In this document: positions 1-14,085 of the stretch, in pieces
Numbering within the stretch: position 1 is the stretch's first letter
Layout of the letters: the number at the start of each line of letters is the position of its first letter
DNA from: Lama guanicoe
Lineage: Eukaryota
Assembly (NCBI GenBank): GCA_013239625.1
Contig: MU056050.1
Span: forward strand, 5,279,366 to 5,343,365
DNA: 64,000 nt
Reading direction: 5' to 3'
The notes under the pieces: model-generated
What the model saw: the letters and a program-made list of their open reading frames with translations, nothing else
The model's database searches: none
What the model was told of the DNA's origin: nothing
Position numbers and translations under genes: made by a program

Positions 1-579
1 CACCATTGTCGTCTACCTGCCTCTTATTTGTATAACTTTAGCCTCCCAGGCTTCTTGAGTTGCAAAGAATAAATTTGATCAGAGGAGTAAGAAAATGCAG
101 AAACAAAGGAAAATATTCAAGCAAGCAAAATAATAATAGTTTAGGCATTAAACAGTCAAAGACATTTAGTTCCTCTTCAAGGCCTATAAATAATATGCTG
201 AGTCATATCTTTTAAGTTGCAGATACAGAAACCTCCGCCTGGTGGAAGGAGCTAACTCTATGCTGACCACAAGCATGTAGACCCCAGATTGCTTGGAACC
301 AGTAGGTTGATGATGTTGACTTCCAGTTACCTCACCAACGACTAATCAGTAGAATGTGCATGAGCTGATCACACACCCTGCAACCCTCTCCCTCGCTGTG
401 TCTTTAAAAATCTTTCCCTGAAAGCCATCAAGGAGTTCTGATCTTTTGAACATTAGCATCCCAGACACCTCGTTTGGCACCTGCAATAAATGCTGCACTT
501 TCCTTCACCACAACTCTTGTCAGTCAATTGACTTTACTATGTGCAGGTGAGGGGACCCAACAAGTTAGGTTCAGTAACA
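1..579 (+). mobile_element. ERV1-class LTR (cetartiodactyl type), 5' end outside window, probably solo
   Basis: LTR-like composition with AATAAA at 485-490 and a terminus ...GGTTCAGTAACA at 579. No tRNA primer-binding site follows. Family assignment is from recalled similarity. Confidence 0.7.
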
Positions 580-1049
580 GTTTGGGGAAGTGCAAACCCT
601 GGGGTCATTATGACTAAAGGTGCAGTTTCAGTTCACCCATATAAAGAAAGTAAAGTCACAAGATTTATTACTTACAAATCCCAGAATAGTAGGGGAAAGA
701 GAGAGAGTAGGAGGGAACATAAGCCAGGGGAAAGGCAATCCTCTGTCTCACATCACCAGTGGGCAGGAAATAGAGAGCAGGGTAGCAAGCACCAATTACT
801 TATAAGGTGCTTGTGGCAGAGGTCACTAACTTCTTGCGGGCTCAATTCTAAACGGTTATTTTTAAAAAGCACCTTGGGAAAATCAAAGTAGGAACTTGAG
901 GTGGGAATCGTAAACTCAGATCCTTATCTAAATATTAAGATCCTTGAGTGTGAGCAAGTTAGAATGCCTAGGCAGCAACTCAAACTCCTGTTTTCTCATC
1001 ATTACAACCATTGGCTTCTGATATTTACTTTATGAGATTTAAAAGAATT

Positions 1050-4000
1050 TACTAATTCCATCTCTTTATTTTTTATCTTCTACTTCTTGAGTCACTTTGT
1101 ATACCTTGTGTCCTTCTTGTAACTTTCCTATTTCATTTAAATGATCTAAATGTTTGCAATGCAGTGGTTCATACCATTCCTTTATTATCCCTTCTATTTC
1201 TGTAAGGTCATCACAGTAGTAATGCCCCTTCTTTCATTCCTGACTTTAGTAATTTAGTATTTTTGAGTCTTTCTCTCTTTTTGGGGGATCGGTCTACTTA
1301 AGGTGTGTCAATTTTGGAGATTTGTTCAATGCATCAACTCTTGCTTTTGTTGATTTTTCTTTATTTTCTATTTCTTTTATTCCTTCCTTCTTCTTGCTCT
1401 TGGTTAGGTTTGATTTTCCTTTTCTATTTTCTTAAAGATGGAAGGTTAGACTATTTGATATCTTTCTTCATTTTTATGTGTTTACAATTGTAAATTTCCC
1501 TCTTCACTATTTTAGCAGCATTACACAAGTTTTGGGTTGTTTTGTTATTATTTTCACTTATCTCACATTATTTTCTTGTGATTTGTCTGACTGGGCTTGT
1601 AAGTGGGGTATTGTAGTCTCCAGCTACTATTGTTGATGCTTCTATTTATCCCTTCAATTCTGTCAGTTTTTGCTTCATGTATTTGGGAGCTCTGTTGTAT
1701 AATATAATTATTATTTTTTTGGAGGGACTGACCTCTTATTATTGTATCATGTCATTCATTTTCTGTAACAAATGCATTTGTTGTAAAGTCTATTTTGTCT
1801 GGTATTAGTTTAGATACTTCAGCTCTCTTAAGGTTAAAGCCTGCATGGTATATATCTTCCCATTATTTTTCTTTCAATGTATTTTTTAATCTATGTTTTT
1901 TTTTCTTTCAGCGTATATTTGGATTATTTTTGTTTATCCATTCTAGCAATATGTACTTTTTAACTGGAGTGAATATTCTATTTACATTTAATGTAGTTAC
2001 TGATATGGTAGAATTCACTTCTGCCATTTTCTCTTAGTTTCCTACATGTTTTACATCTTTTGTTTCTCCATTCTTGTATTCTTGTGCACTTTATGTTAAA
2101 CAGATAATGTCTAGTTTACTTTCTTAATTCCTTTGACCTTCAACTCCCCTTTTCTGTACTTTTATTGTAGAACCAATTACAATATACATGTATATATCCA
2201 AATTATAAACCCATCAATATATTTTATACTCATTATGTTATGAAGTTATTTTTCAAAACAGATGAGAAGAAAAGTGATACAATACAAACATGCATGCATG
2301 CAGTCTTTTATATTCACCTGTGCCTTTACCTATACTACTTCACTTTATTTCTCCTTATGATTCTGGGTTACTGCCTATTGTCCTTTCATTGCAGCCTGAA
2401 GAATTCCCTTTAGTATTTCTTGAAAAGCAGCTCTACTACTGACAAATTCTGTCAGCTTTTGTTTACCTGAGAATGTTTTAATTTCTCCTTCAATTTTGAA
2501 GGAGAGTTTAGCTGGGTATAGAATTCTTGGTTAAGAATCTTTCCCTTTAAAAACTTTGAATGTCATCCCACTACCTGTTGGCCTCCATGTTTTCTCAGGA
2601 GAAGTCACCTGTTAACGTTATTAAAGGACCCCTTTTCTGTGAAAAGTTTTTCTCTTGCCACTTTCAAGATTTTCTCTTTGTCTATGACTTTCATTAATTT
2701 GATTATAATGTATATAGATGTGGATCTATGAGTTTTTTTCTTTTAATTGGAGATCTTTAAGCTTCTGGAATATGTAACTTGATGTTTTACCTAATATTTA
2801 GGGAGTTTTCATACATCATGTCTTCTAGTATTTTTTCTATCCTAGTCAATTTATCTTTTACTTCTGTGACTCACCTATACATTAATATGCTTGATAATAT
2901 CCCACAGGTCTCTGAGGATCCCTTCCTTTTTCCTATTTTTTTTTCTTTCTGATCTTCAGACTGTATAATCTCTATTGGCCAATTTTCAAGTTCAATGTTT
3001 CTTTATCTGCTGGCTCACATCTGTTTATAAGCCCTTCTGGCACATATTTTATTTCAACTCCAGAATTTATCTTTTATTCTACTATTTGTAATATCTATCC
3101 TTTTACTGATATTCTCTGTTAGGTAACAGTTTGATCCTATACTTTCCTTAAATTCTTTAGACACAATTTCCTTTAGTTCTTTGAAAATATTTATAATAGC
3201 CAACCTAGTCTTTTTTTACTTACTACAAAATCTAAGCTGCTCAGGGACCTTTTTCTGATTATTTTTATTCCTTTTGTATGTGACATACTTTCCTATTTCT
3301 TTAAAGGTTTTTTACTTATTGGCTGAAAACTAGATACCTTAGCTAAGACATTATTATAAATCTGCTATCAGATTCTTTCATCCCTCCCCGCCAAAGAATT
3401 TATTGCTGTTGCTGGTTTGTTCTTGTTTACTTTCTTGTTGATGCTTATTAGCTTAGCAGAAATATTGGACTAATAAAGTAGATTATGTATTCCTGGCAGT
3501 GTGTGGCCATTGAGTCCTCTGGCAGTTTTTGTTGTTGTTAAGTTCTCATTTTATTTTTAAGCCTGGGCTTGCTAAGGATCACACTTGTGTCAGTATAGTT
3601 TAGCAGTGATGCCAGAATTAATCATGTTTCCTTAAATACCTTTCCTTTATATTTTCTACCTTTTCCCAAGGGGACATATGTGAAAAAGAGCACTCTCAAA
3701 CTTCAGAAAGTTTACAAGACAACCTTAGATTTCACTTCCTGCTTGCATAGATTCTCAAGATCACCCAGAGGTGAGTGACTAGGAATTTCTCCCTTCATAG
3801 GTTTTTACTAGCTAAGTGCATAGCTTTCTGCATAAGTGAATCCTATTATATTGCCAGAGATGTGTCAGAGCTTTACAACAATCTCTATTATTATTTGGTT
3901 TTCCAGTATATCCTTTTAAATTCCTGGCCAGGCCCTACATTGCCTCATCTGAAATCACAGTCAGGCAGCTGATATGTTCACAGAGTTTGCTATTGTTTGG

Positions 4001-4390
4001 ATAACCACAACAAATAAAATAGTAACCAGATTTTGAGAATGCTGACTTTCCAGGGACCAATAACTTTGTATAAAATATTTATTGTGCTCTAGGGATGGTG
4101 CTTTTAACAAAACTCCAAAAGAGGTCAGATCTGTCCATTGTCTGCAGCTTTTGGCTACTGCGCCAGGAGGCATGGGAAGGATGGGTGAAAGGAACAGACA
4201 TAAATTAAAATGTCAGATCTCGCTGTTTTACTGAGAGTCAGTAGTTTATACTGGATAGACCATGTTCGGCTTTTTCTGTGGCTTTGGTTAACTGTCAGAG
4301 CTCTGAAATAGTCTATTTCATTTGTTTTTCTTTTTTTTAGAGGGAGAACAAGTATACTAAGGTTTTTATTAAATTATTTTGAAAGTTGAA
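1050..4390 (-). mobile_element. Ancient LINE-1 (L1M; 5' region, ORF1 and endonuclease part of ORF2), decayed
   Basis: T-rich antisense L1 motifs: GTATTGTAGTCTCCAGCTACTATTG (~1607, EN region) and GAATTCCCTTTAGTATTTCTTG...GGGTATAGAATTCTTGG (2400-2530, ORF1 C-terminal region). Confidence 0.8.
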
Positions 4391-6372
4391 CCATAAAAGG
4401 AATTTTTAACAGGGTAAAATATTTGAATAGAGAACCATTCTGCTGTCTATCAACTCTGAGATTCCATACTTCTATGACTTTAAATATGTTCCTGTGAAAA
4501 TAAATTTTGTAATCTATAGAAAACCTCCCTCCATATACATAAGGCTAAGGATTCATTAGTATTAACTTATAAAAGAATGAATATAAATGTTTTCCATTTT
4601 TGAACAAAGTTTTTTTGGGGTTTTAGAGCAGAAAAATCTTCATTTAATTCAATTTACTTATATTTTCTTATTACCATTATGATTTTGCCAGCATGATGCC
4701 TAAAACTTTGAAGACAATAATCAATTATTGCTGCACAATGATACTAAATTTAGAATCATAGAAATAAAACATTGTAACATATCCGTATGTATGAATAAAC
4801 AGAAGGGAAGCTATCACCCAATATCTTCTGAGGGATAAATAGGAAGCCACATCCAGTGAAATTTCCTCAGTTTCAATATGGAAAAAATATTTAGTTCCAT
4901 ATACAATATGGAGTGATACCTAGTGATAATGTATGGTTTGAATTTAATGGAAATATAATAGGTTTACCTGGCCAAAAGCAAAAAAGTAAAAGTAAAAAAA
5001 AAGTTGTAAAGTTAATCTTTTTGTTTAAATATTTATCATTTGTCATGTGTAATTGTCCAGAATGTTTGCAACAAAATTTATATATGCCATTCTTTTGCAT
5101 AAAATCAATCCATTTTAGGCATAATGATGTAATTGTAATCCTTTCAAAGTTAGATATAACAAATCATTCATAGGTTCCACCACTCAACAGTTGGGCATGC
5201 TCCATCTTGTGTCTTGTCTCTCCAAAATTACAAGAAATGTATGCATTGAAAAATGAATACCAGGAAGCAGTCAGTTTGTTTACATCTCTATTCTTTATAA
5301 AGCCAAAAAGTACCCTACATAAAGTTAAAAGTCAAAGTAATGACGCTTATGATTTAGCTGAGCTGGATCCTTGCATATGTTGATCAAAACAAAAAAAAAA
5401 CTCAAAACAAAAAACAAAACATAGATCAAATTACCATAAGAATATTGTCATGAACAGACAGCCTCCTGAATATTAAACAACTTCAGTATACAAATTTAAT
5501 TTTTACATTCATGAAGTTGATAAAATATTCTCCAAAGAGGACTAAGTATTTTCAAATTCATTACCATCAACTTTCTTCACCACAATTTCAAACATCATGT
5601 AGTCTATTCAGTCTTTTGATGCCTCATAGACATTTTGTTGGAAAAGTACTGTGTGCATTTGTGCATTTATGTGTGAGTGTGTATAATGGTCCTTATAATA
5701 TAGTGACTTTAGTCCAATCAGCTAATAATCCACTCAGGAGTTTACATGATTCCACTCCAATGAACTATATAACCCACTTTAGAGCTCGGCTGGCAACTCA
5801 GCTCTCTTCTGGAGATGCAGAGAATTCATCTAGCACTGCATTCAATTGAGAAAGCTCTTTCTCGTGAGATTTTTATAAAGTAAATCTTTTGTAATTCAAT
5901 ACTTAATTTTTCCCCACTAATGAATCCAAAGTGGAAGAGAACAGAGTATAGCTTCTCGCACTCCAAGACCAGACGTGATGTAGAGTTACAGAATTATGAC
6001 CATATGTGTCAGCACCAGAACAAATTATGTTTTTCTTCCCTTAATCTTTTATATTACTGAGATAGTTATTTGGCTCACATGTTCAGTATGTTTTATCTTT
6101 TCAGTTCACCTATATTATTAGCATATCCAACATAAAATTATCAGTATAACAGGCCACTATTGCAATAGGTGGGACAATAAAGTGATGATTTTGATTTGGC
6201 AAACTAGTGATTTATTTCTGCAAAAAAATATGCAGGAATGATCTCACCGAAGCAATGTAACTTACGATCAAAGGGATTTTTAAAAGGACCTCACAACAAG
6301 CCAGGGTTTATTAAATTAAAACCACTGCCTGCATCCTCTGGTACACAGAGACTCCCTTCATGTATTTTAGGA

Positions 6373-7990
6373 AATAAATGGAAAGACATGCCATGTTCAT
6401 GAATTGGAAGACTTAATATTGTTAAGATATTAATACCACCTCAACTATCTATATATTCAATATAATCTTTATCAAAATCCCAGAAACATTTTTTCAGAAA
6501 TAAAAAATTCATCCCAAAATGTATACAGGATTGCAAGGGACCCAAAATAGCCAAAACAATCTTGAAAAAATTAACCAAGACAGAGGTCTCACATTCCTGA
6601 CTTCAGACCTTACTGAAAGTCACAGTCATCAAAACAATGCAGTACCAGCATAAACAGAGATTATAGACCAATGAAATAGTATAGATAGCCCCCAAATAAA
6701 CTATATGTTCAAGAGAATTTTGACAGGGATTCCAAGAACATTGAATGGGGATATGACAGTCTTTTCAACAAAAGATGTTGGGAAAACTAGATATTCTCAT
6801 GCAAAAGAATAAAGTTGGACCGTTTCCGTCCATGATATACAACAATTGAATCAAATGGATCATAGGACTTAACAAGTAAAACTATAAATCTCTTAGAATA
6901 AAACACAGGGGAAAGCTTCAGGACTTTGGATTTGGCAATGATTTCTTGGATATGACACTTAAAGCAGACAACAAAAGAAACATTAGATAAATTATAATTC
7001 ATCAAATTAAAAAACTTTTCTTCATCAAAGAACTCTTTCACTAGAGTGAAAAGGCCACCAACAGAATGGGAGAAAATGTTTATCAATAATATCTGATAAA
7101 TTGTTAATATCCAGCCTATATAACGAGACTATATAAGAAGAAGAGAAACTAATCTAATTTTAAAATGGGTAAAGGAATTGAATAAACATTTCTCCAAAGA
7201 TGTACAACAAGCACATGAAAAGATACTCAACATCAGTTATCAGTGGGGACACACAAGTCAAGATCACAATGAGATACCACTTCACACCCATTAGGATGGC
7301 TATTATCAAAAATAAATTACAAACAAACAAAACAGAAAATAACAGGTTTTGGCAAGGATGTGGAGAAACTGGAATCCTCATGTTTTGCTTGTGGGAATGT
7401 AAAGGGGTGCAACCACTATAGAAAACCATGTGGCACTTTCCCAAAAATATAAACATAAAATTACCATATGATCTAGCTATTCCATTTCTGGATATGTACC
7501 TAAAAAGCAAGGATGCCACATATACCTGTACACCAATGTTAATAGTAGCACTACTGATCGTAACTAAAAAGTAAAAATGATGCACATGTTCATTGACAGA
7601 TGAAGAGATAAACTAAATGGGATGTGCATACAATGGAATATTATTCAGCCTTAAATAAAGAAATGAAATTCCAGTATAATGCTACAACTTAGATAGGCCT
7701 TGAAAGTAAAATAAGCCAGACCCCAAAGGACAAATATCACACAATTCCTCTTATATGAGGTACCTAGAGTAGTCAAATTCATAAAGACAGTTAATAAAAT
7801 GGTAGTTGCCAGTGACTGGGTAGAGGAAGTTATGAGGAGTTGATGTTTAATGGGCACGGAGTTTTAGTGTGAACAGATGATCAAGTTTAAGAATAATGGT
7901 GAAATGAAAGTACTTAGTGCCTCTGAACTATACAAAGAAAATGATTAAAATGGTCAAATCTGCTACATATATTTTCATCAGAATAAAATA
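6373..7990 (+). mobile_element. LINE-1 3' portion (L1MB-like): ORF2 C-terminus and 3' UTR
   Basis: Starts AATAAATGGAAAGACATGCCATGTTCATG. ORF 7200-7421 gives MRYHFTPIRMAII...GCGETG...CLWECK (ORF2 cysteine-rich region). L1MB-type 3' UTR. Confidence 0.9.
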
Positions 7991-8229
7991 ACTAGTAAAA
8001 TGAGCGTCACTATTGTACTAATATCAATAAAACAGTATGAATTCCATAATAAGAGTGTTTTTAAACTTTTAGTTGTCATTACTGTTATCGCTACTACTTT
8101 TACCACTACCACTACTTCTGTACTATTAGAACAATTTATGGATATTTGTTCATTTAGCACACAATTTAGCTTCTATGGAATCTCTTCTCCCATCCATAGA
8201 GTCTGAGGGTTTGAATCCCGGTAACTGTG

Positions 8230-8600
8230 TGTCTCCCCAGTCCCTCAACCATGACTGACTGGATTGAGAGTAAACAGATGATCCAGTTTGGGCCAGTTAC
8301 ATTCTTACTCCCAAGAATTCAGCCAAGTATTAGAGAGATAATCAGCTAGAATTACCAGATGACTATAATCCAAACATGGGAACTGTGAGAAATACATATT
8401 CTTTCTTGTAGATGAAGAAGCAGAGAAAACCGATCTACAAGCAAGACCTTTTTTTCTTGAAATATTATGATAGCCCCACTCTTAGGTGTATAAGACCTTC
8501 ATGTTTACATCTCTATGGATATCAAGATAAATCTATATCTTTAGATTTAGACCCCTCCCCTTGTTTAGCACCTAAAAATGAAACCTCAAGTTAATATGAA
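8230..8600. mobile_element. Possible old MaLR (MLT1-type) LTR fragment
   Basis: Motif GATCCAGTTTGGGCCAGTTACATTCTTACTCCCAAGAATT resembles old MLT1 LTRs; strongly diverged. Confidence 0.35.
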
Positions 8601-8819
8601 AAATGAAAACCTTTTAGAATAACAGTGTACCTGCATGTAAAGGCAACACCCTATGTGTATACCCCAGCCAATGATATTGGACTCCTTCTTCATACAATTT
8701 CTTTTATCACTATTTTTGCCAACACCATACATACAGAGCTACAGAAAACTCAAAACCTAAGTCAATGTGAAGTGCTACATGGTCAGACGTTTACCAGGAT
8801 GAAGAGTTAAGACAGAAGA

Positions 8820-8915
8820 TATGCTCCATGAGGACAGGGTTTATGCCTACTTTGTTCAACGAACATTACTTGGCATGAGAGGCAGTTGAGTAAATATTTA
8901 TTCAATACATAAAGA
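8820..8915 (+). mobile_element. LINE-2 3' end
   Basis: CTCCATGAGGACAGGG...TTGTTCA...GAGTAAATATTTATTCAAT matches the L2 tail pattern. Confidence 0.65.
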
Positions 8916-9009
8916 ATGGCCAAAATTACACTTTTTCTGAGTGCCCCAGGGAGGGGGGCTGCTTCCTAGCTTTCCTCTCCTATCCTTTGATTTCCTTGTT
9001 AAATTCTCA

Positions 9010-9115
9010 GATTACTGGAGAGCAGGAACTGTCATTGTCTTGCATAATGCTGTATCCTCGGCACCTAGTATATAATTGTTGCTCAATACAGACTTGTTGA
9101 ATAAATGAGTGCATG
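9010..9115 (+). mobile_element. LINE-2 3' end (second copy)
   Basis: GAGAGCAGGAACTGTC...GCTGTATCCTCGGCACCTAG...GCTCAATACAGACTTGTTGAATAAATGA matches the L2 tail pattern. Confidence 0.7.
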
Positions 9116-10279
9116 ACTTTGGAACAAAGTGCACACTGCAGATGTCATAATACAACACATCTATGGATTCAAACTTTTCAGTTATCAGAATTTGAATTAA
9201 AAATGTTAGTAATTTAGAAGAAAAACAAGTTGGGGATGAAAGGCTTTAGTACCTGGTTATTCTCACCAGAAAACCAAATCAACAGAATTCTGTGATCAAT
9301 AAAATTTGGAATGACATAGTAGAGAGATGATTCAAACACAAGTCCAAGATTATTCAGTTGGACGTTTCTTTTAATTCCTCCTGCCTTAGAGCAGGCTTGG
9401 TCTAGAAACTAGTAAAATAAGTTAAATTTGCAAGTCACTTAGAATTAGTTTCACCTGAGAAGAGGACAGGACCTGACATTCATGCAGAGTCCACCCTGTG
9501 AAACCAGGGAAATTTATTAGTTCCTGGATCAGGTTAGAACTTAGCTCAGGAAGAAATCAAGAGAAAAAAAGGAAAAATACTAAAACAGTAGTTATAGAAA
9601 CTTATGAAAAAAAGAGAAAATTGTATGGAATAGAGCTATATTTTTTACCTCTGAATCAAAATTTCTTAAATTTGGGTATGAATTGTCAATGTGCTATATG
9701 GGTGTTTAAAACACGTTTATGATAGAGAGGAAAGTTCTGCTTTGTTGAATCATGAATAAATCCCAAACAAAGGCGTTTGGCTGACTGGACAGCTGACAGG
9801 TCATCAAAAGTAACCACCAAAGTAAATGTTCAAAAATAACTACAAAACACAAAAATGGAAACATATCTTAGAAATATGTTCAAAATGTTCAATTGCCACT
9901 TTAGTATGCATTCTTAGGCTCTTGTTTTTCCAGATCTTCCCACTGATATCAGGTAGCTGAGTATGGAGAAGCTAAGTATTGTTATAAACACTGAAGACAA
10001 ATGAAACAGAGATTTTCCACTCATCTTAAGGATCTTCTCAGAAAGACACCAGCCCCAAAATAAAATAAAACAGAAGTTCAACTTCAACAAAGTATTTATA
10101 AACAATGTGGATCTTGAGTTGAGGCTTTGTTTTGTTTTTTGGAGGGGCAGGGGTGGCAGTAGCAAAATCATTAACATTGCATAACATAGGATGATAGTTA
10201 TTAATATTTAAATGTATACATTTTCTCCCTAAAGTCCCACATTTAAGGCAAGTCTCCTTACGGCAGCTGTTTTATTCCC

Positions 10280-10380
10280 TATTCCTTCTCTCTCTCTGCC
10301 TCTTTCTCACTCTCTATCCCTTCCTCCCTCCCCACTAACCCTCTTTTTCTCTTCTTCCTCCCCCTCCTTCCTCTCCATCA
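10280..10380. repeat. CT-rich low-complexity (polypyrimidine) tract
   Basis: About 100 bp almost entirely C/T on the + strand. Confidence 0.8.
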
Positions 10381-12750
10381 ATTATGGGAATAAAATTTGA
10401 CACATCTCAACTACCTCCTTCCCTGTCATTCTCTTTTTCACTCATCATCCTCTTCAATGTAACAGTGAGCCTTGTTAATTACCAGAGCAAGTCAAGTTTA
10501 ATTTCTTTAGAAGACAATGGAGGAGAACAACTGTAAAAACTTATACTGCATTCTCTTCTTTCATTCATATCTTGATGAGGTACTATGGACTGTTTCATCA
10601 GTCAAAGTTCCAAGGCTTAGAATGAACAAAATGCATATATCTACATGGGTGATGCCTATGAGGAACATAAGGTCTAATACAGCTACTGTAAATAAAAATA
10701 ATTTTTGTAACACTGTCACAAGTCTTATTCTTGGCTGTGAAGAGACAAATGGAAAATAAAGTTAAACTTTGAATTTATTTGTAACTCTTTAGGTATGGGA
10801 AAGAGGTCTATGAATCTATGCAGAAGAGGTCACAGAACAAATATTTTAAAATAAATAAACATACAAGAGCAAATGGCTCCGACTCTCCTACTCTGTTAGT
10901 TGCTGCTAAGATAGATACATGGATTCTCTGAAGTTCTACTACAGGGAATGCCAAACTAAACAAGTATGAAGATGATAACATGATAATAAAACTGTATTTT
11001 TCGCATTAATAGTTAAAGATAAGTGCTCTCATTTTAACATCACTGATTCCATCTTTGCATATGCAAAGTGGAACATCAACTTATAATTTAAGTCATTATT
11101 TTATATAATCTTAAAACAAAATTTTGTCATCTAAAAAGTATGTAATTAACTATAATGAGAGAGAATTCACTCCAAAGGACACACATGTTTGCTCCGAAGG
11201 TAAAGTGGAGAGGACAAAATCAAGTGATTTTTTTTAGGTTTCTTTTACCTGATTTCTGCATATGAAAATTAATCATTCTATTACACTCACTCTACTGATG
11301 ACCTAATTTCCAGGCACTTTTAAAGATGAAATCACACATACTTAATAATGAGTTAAACCCTGGCAAGAGCAGTAGATTAAAATCACTTAATTATCTACTT
11401 TTTCAGAGTATAAATGCATTAATTCTTTGGGAAGAAAGGTATTTTGCTAATGCAGGAACTATCCAAATTACATATATTCAAAATTCCAATATAAATATTT
11501 GAATCTGGAAGATAATTTAATGAATATCATATGGCAAATTTGCCAACTGTGAAAGCCACAGCATCAGAAGTGTCTGAAAGAGAAAACAGGACTGACAGAA
11601 AGCATGAGTAAGTAACGATTAAAGCCACACAGAAAGATATATTTTAATGTGTACAATAAAATATAATCTGAAGTTCCCAGAAAAGGTATAGGGAAAAAGA
11701 TCATATTTTCTACACGTCATATTCAATTTTATTCCACGTATTTGACTACGCTATTTTCCTTCAAGTGACTGGTCTTTCTACTCCTCTGTCTGATGCAAAT
11801 TACATTTATACTTCCTGAAGCAATTCATAGTCAATCCTGTTTTTTACTATTTCCTTTTATTGTGTACTCATAGCATATAAAAGAATGAAAAGTCGATAAA
11901 ATGGCAATTTTTTTTTGAGAATAATTTTATGACAGTCCCTTAAATGATTTTTGGCACATATTTTAAAGTTATTTTAAATATACTTTAAATGTTGGATGAT
12001 CTTAATGAAAAAAATAGGTGTTAACAGAATGAGTTGTAACCATTACAGAAAATTTAGTGATGTTCTTTTTGGTTTTTTAACAAAGTTTTCTAGCCTAAAT
12101 GGGTCTGTCTATTAAAATTTACACACTTTTTAAACAGAACTGTCAAGCGATGTTTAAAAATTATAAGTGAACAAAGAGAGGGTAAATATTGGTAACTGGC
12201 ATTGATGATAACCTCTGGATTTAGAGGAAGTCCTATATGAAAGTAAGCCTCAGGAGTTGGAATAACTTGACCAATTTCTTCCTGCTAGTATATGTCTTCC
12301 TAGAAATAATTACACAGTTTAAAGGTAAGGTAAGCCAAAATACTAGGAAACTGTTTAATCGAATAAAATGAGGCATTAATTGATACTCCTTAGAGCCTAT
12401 TACCTAGGGAGTCACTTGGACCTATTGAGAAAATATATATAGCAAAAGCTTAAAATCTATATATGCTATTGATGTTGTTTCAACTCTGGTTCTTCCCATA
12501 TGTATTAGAGTTCCTTCAACTTTGACTAATAAACTTGGAAAGAACTGGGCCATAAATAGGATGGGTTAATTTAAATCATAAATAAACTTAAATGAAAAAG
12601 TAGTAATTTATAAGTACTGTAGTTAACAATCATTTGGTTACTTTAAAATAAAACCTCTCCATTCAAGACCCTCACCCAGGTTTTAAAGAAATAAGACACA
12701 TTTTAGATATCCAAATTATCAATTTATTACTGTATTATGACTACTTATAT

Positions 12751-13368
12751 TGTGGGTTTGTCACCAGTTGTGGGTTCTGGCCAGCAGAAGTCCCATCGAG
12801 ATGGAATGAATTACTCAAGACTCTGGGGAAAAGTCAAGAGAGCGAGAGGGAGTCCGGAGCCAACTCCACGAGCCTCTTAAATCTCCCAAATTTACTGAGT
12901 ACAGTTGAAGCAGGAATTTAGGGAAGGACAGGGTGGGATCACAATGAGTACAAAGGCTTTGCTTATTGTTGGTGTTTGGCTCAAGGTCAGAAGACCCTTT
13001 TTGTTGAATCATAATCCTGTTGAGCCTTTCAGCTTATCAGGGCGGAAGTATGAGAATCAGCTGCTTGACAAGATTTTCTTGGACTCAGGTGACTGTGCCT
13101 GTCTTAGGTTGCCCCCCTCAGGGGATCTTACCCGTCATTGGCTCACCAGCCTTCTCACCTCTGAGTCTGCAGCTTTCTATAAGTTGTTTACCATTCCAGC
13201 CCAAGGCTGTTTTGGGGATAGAACACTAACAGCAGCCACGCCCAGCATTTATAGCTCGGGGCCTGGGTCACTGCTAAAACCTCAAGGCAGTTACTAAGCA
13301 CATCCTCTTTAAGGAGATAAGTGGCTGGGATCTGTTACAATTTGTTAACCCAATCATGGGCTCCCACA
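12751..13368 (-). mobile_element. Solo ERV2 (betaretrovirus/ERVK-like) LTR, 618 bp
   Basis: Termini TGTGGG...CCCACA. Perfect 6-bp TSD TTATAT at 12745-12750 and 13369-13374. AGTAAA poly(A) signal on the minus strand (TTTACT at 12891-12896). GC and CpG content above the flanks. Confidence 0.88.
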
Positions 13369-13904
13369 TTATATAACATTATAGTGTTTTAAAAATATTT
13401 TTAAGGTAATACTTGTGTTTAATCTCTTTCTTAGACTAAGAGGGCCCAAGACCTTGATGGGAAAATCAATGTGAGGTTATTTTCATAAAAAGCTGAGGAA
13501 TAAAAACTAAAAAACAAAAATTTTAAAAAACCACCATAGCTTCAAATTCACATACAGCTCTCTTAAGAGCAGGGAAAACATCTTTACATAACCCAACAAC
13601 CAGGTAATTCAAATGAATTATTTTAATTCTTTGAAAATGTAAAACAAAAATGAATAATTTTTGACTGAATATTGCAGGCAGTTGTTTTGATGTCATGCCA
13701 TTCAATTATTTTTCTCTGAAGAGATGAGTGGAGTTCTTTAAAACAGTAAGAAAAGTTACCCACTATAGCAGAGGATTATACCAAAGGTCTGTCCATAATC
13801 ATGTTCCCCCGGAGTGGTTTAAAACGGGTGAAACTATTTTTATTACTTTATCAGTAGTTCACATATAATGTGTAAATTATAATTGGCATTTATTTCTCAT
13901 TTAG

Positions 13905-14085
13905 CTTCCAAAAGCACTTTCCAATGATCACCTCTCTAATCCAACTGTGAGGTAAATAGATGGCAAATATGATTAACCTTCTCCCTAGTGGGATATCGGC
14001 AGCGGACAGGGGTAAATTACTTGCTTAAGGTCACCTAGGGGGTCAGCGACAGAGCCAAAATTTGTTTTAAACTTCTACTCTAAAT
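13905..14085 (-). mobile_element. MIR SINE
   Basis: Antisense MIR core: AAATTACTTGCTTAAGGTCACCTAG...ACAGAGCC. Confidence 0.65.

Noticed and set aside
580..960. Proviral internal region after the first LTR
   Set aside because: No tRNA PBS and no gag-like frame. It may be another old LTR fragment, but I cannot support a family call.
8205..8222. tRNA B-box-like GGTTTGAATCCC
   Set aside because: No A box or cloverleaf structure around it.
8630..8740. 108-nt minus-strand exon-shaped open frame (LCMYGVGKNSDKRNCMKKESNIIGWGIHIGCCLYMQ)
   Set aside because: Weak donor (CAG/GTACAC), unrecognised peptide, and expected by chance at this length.
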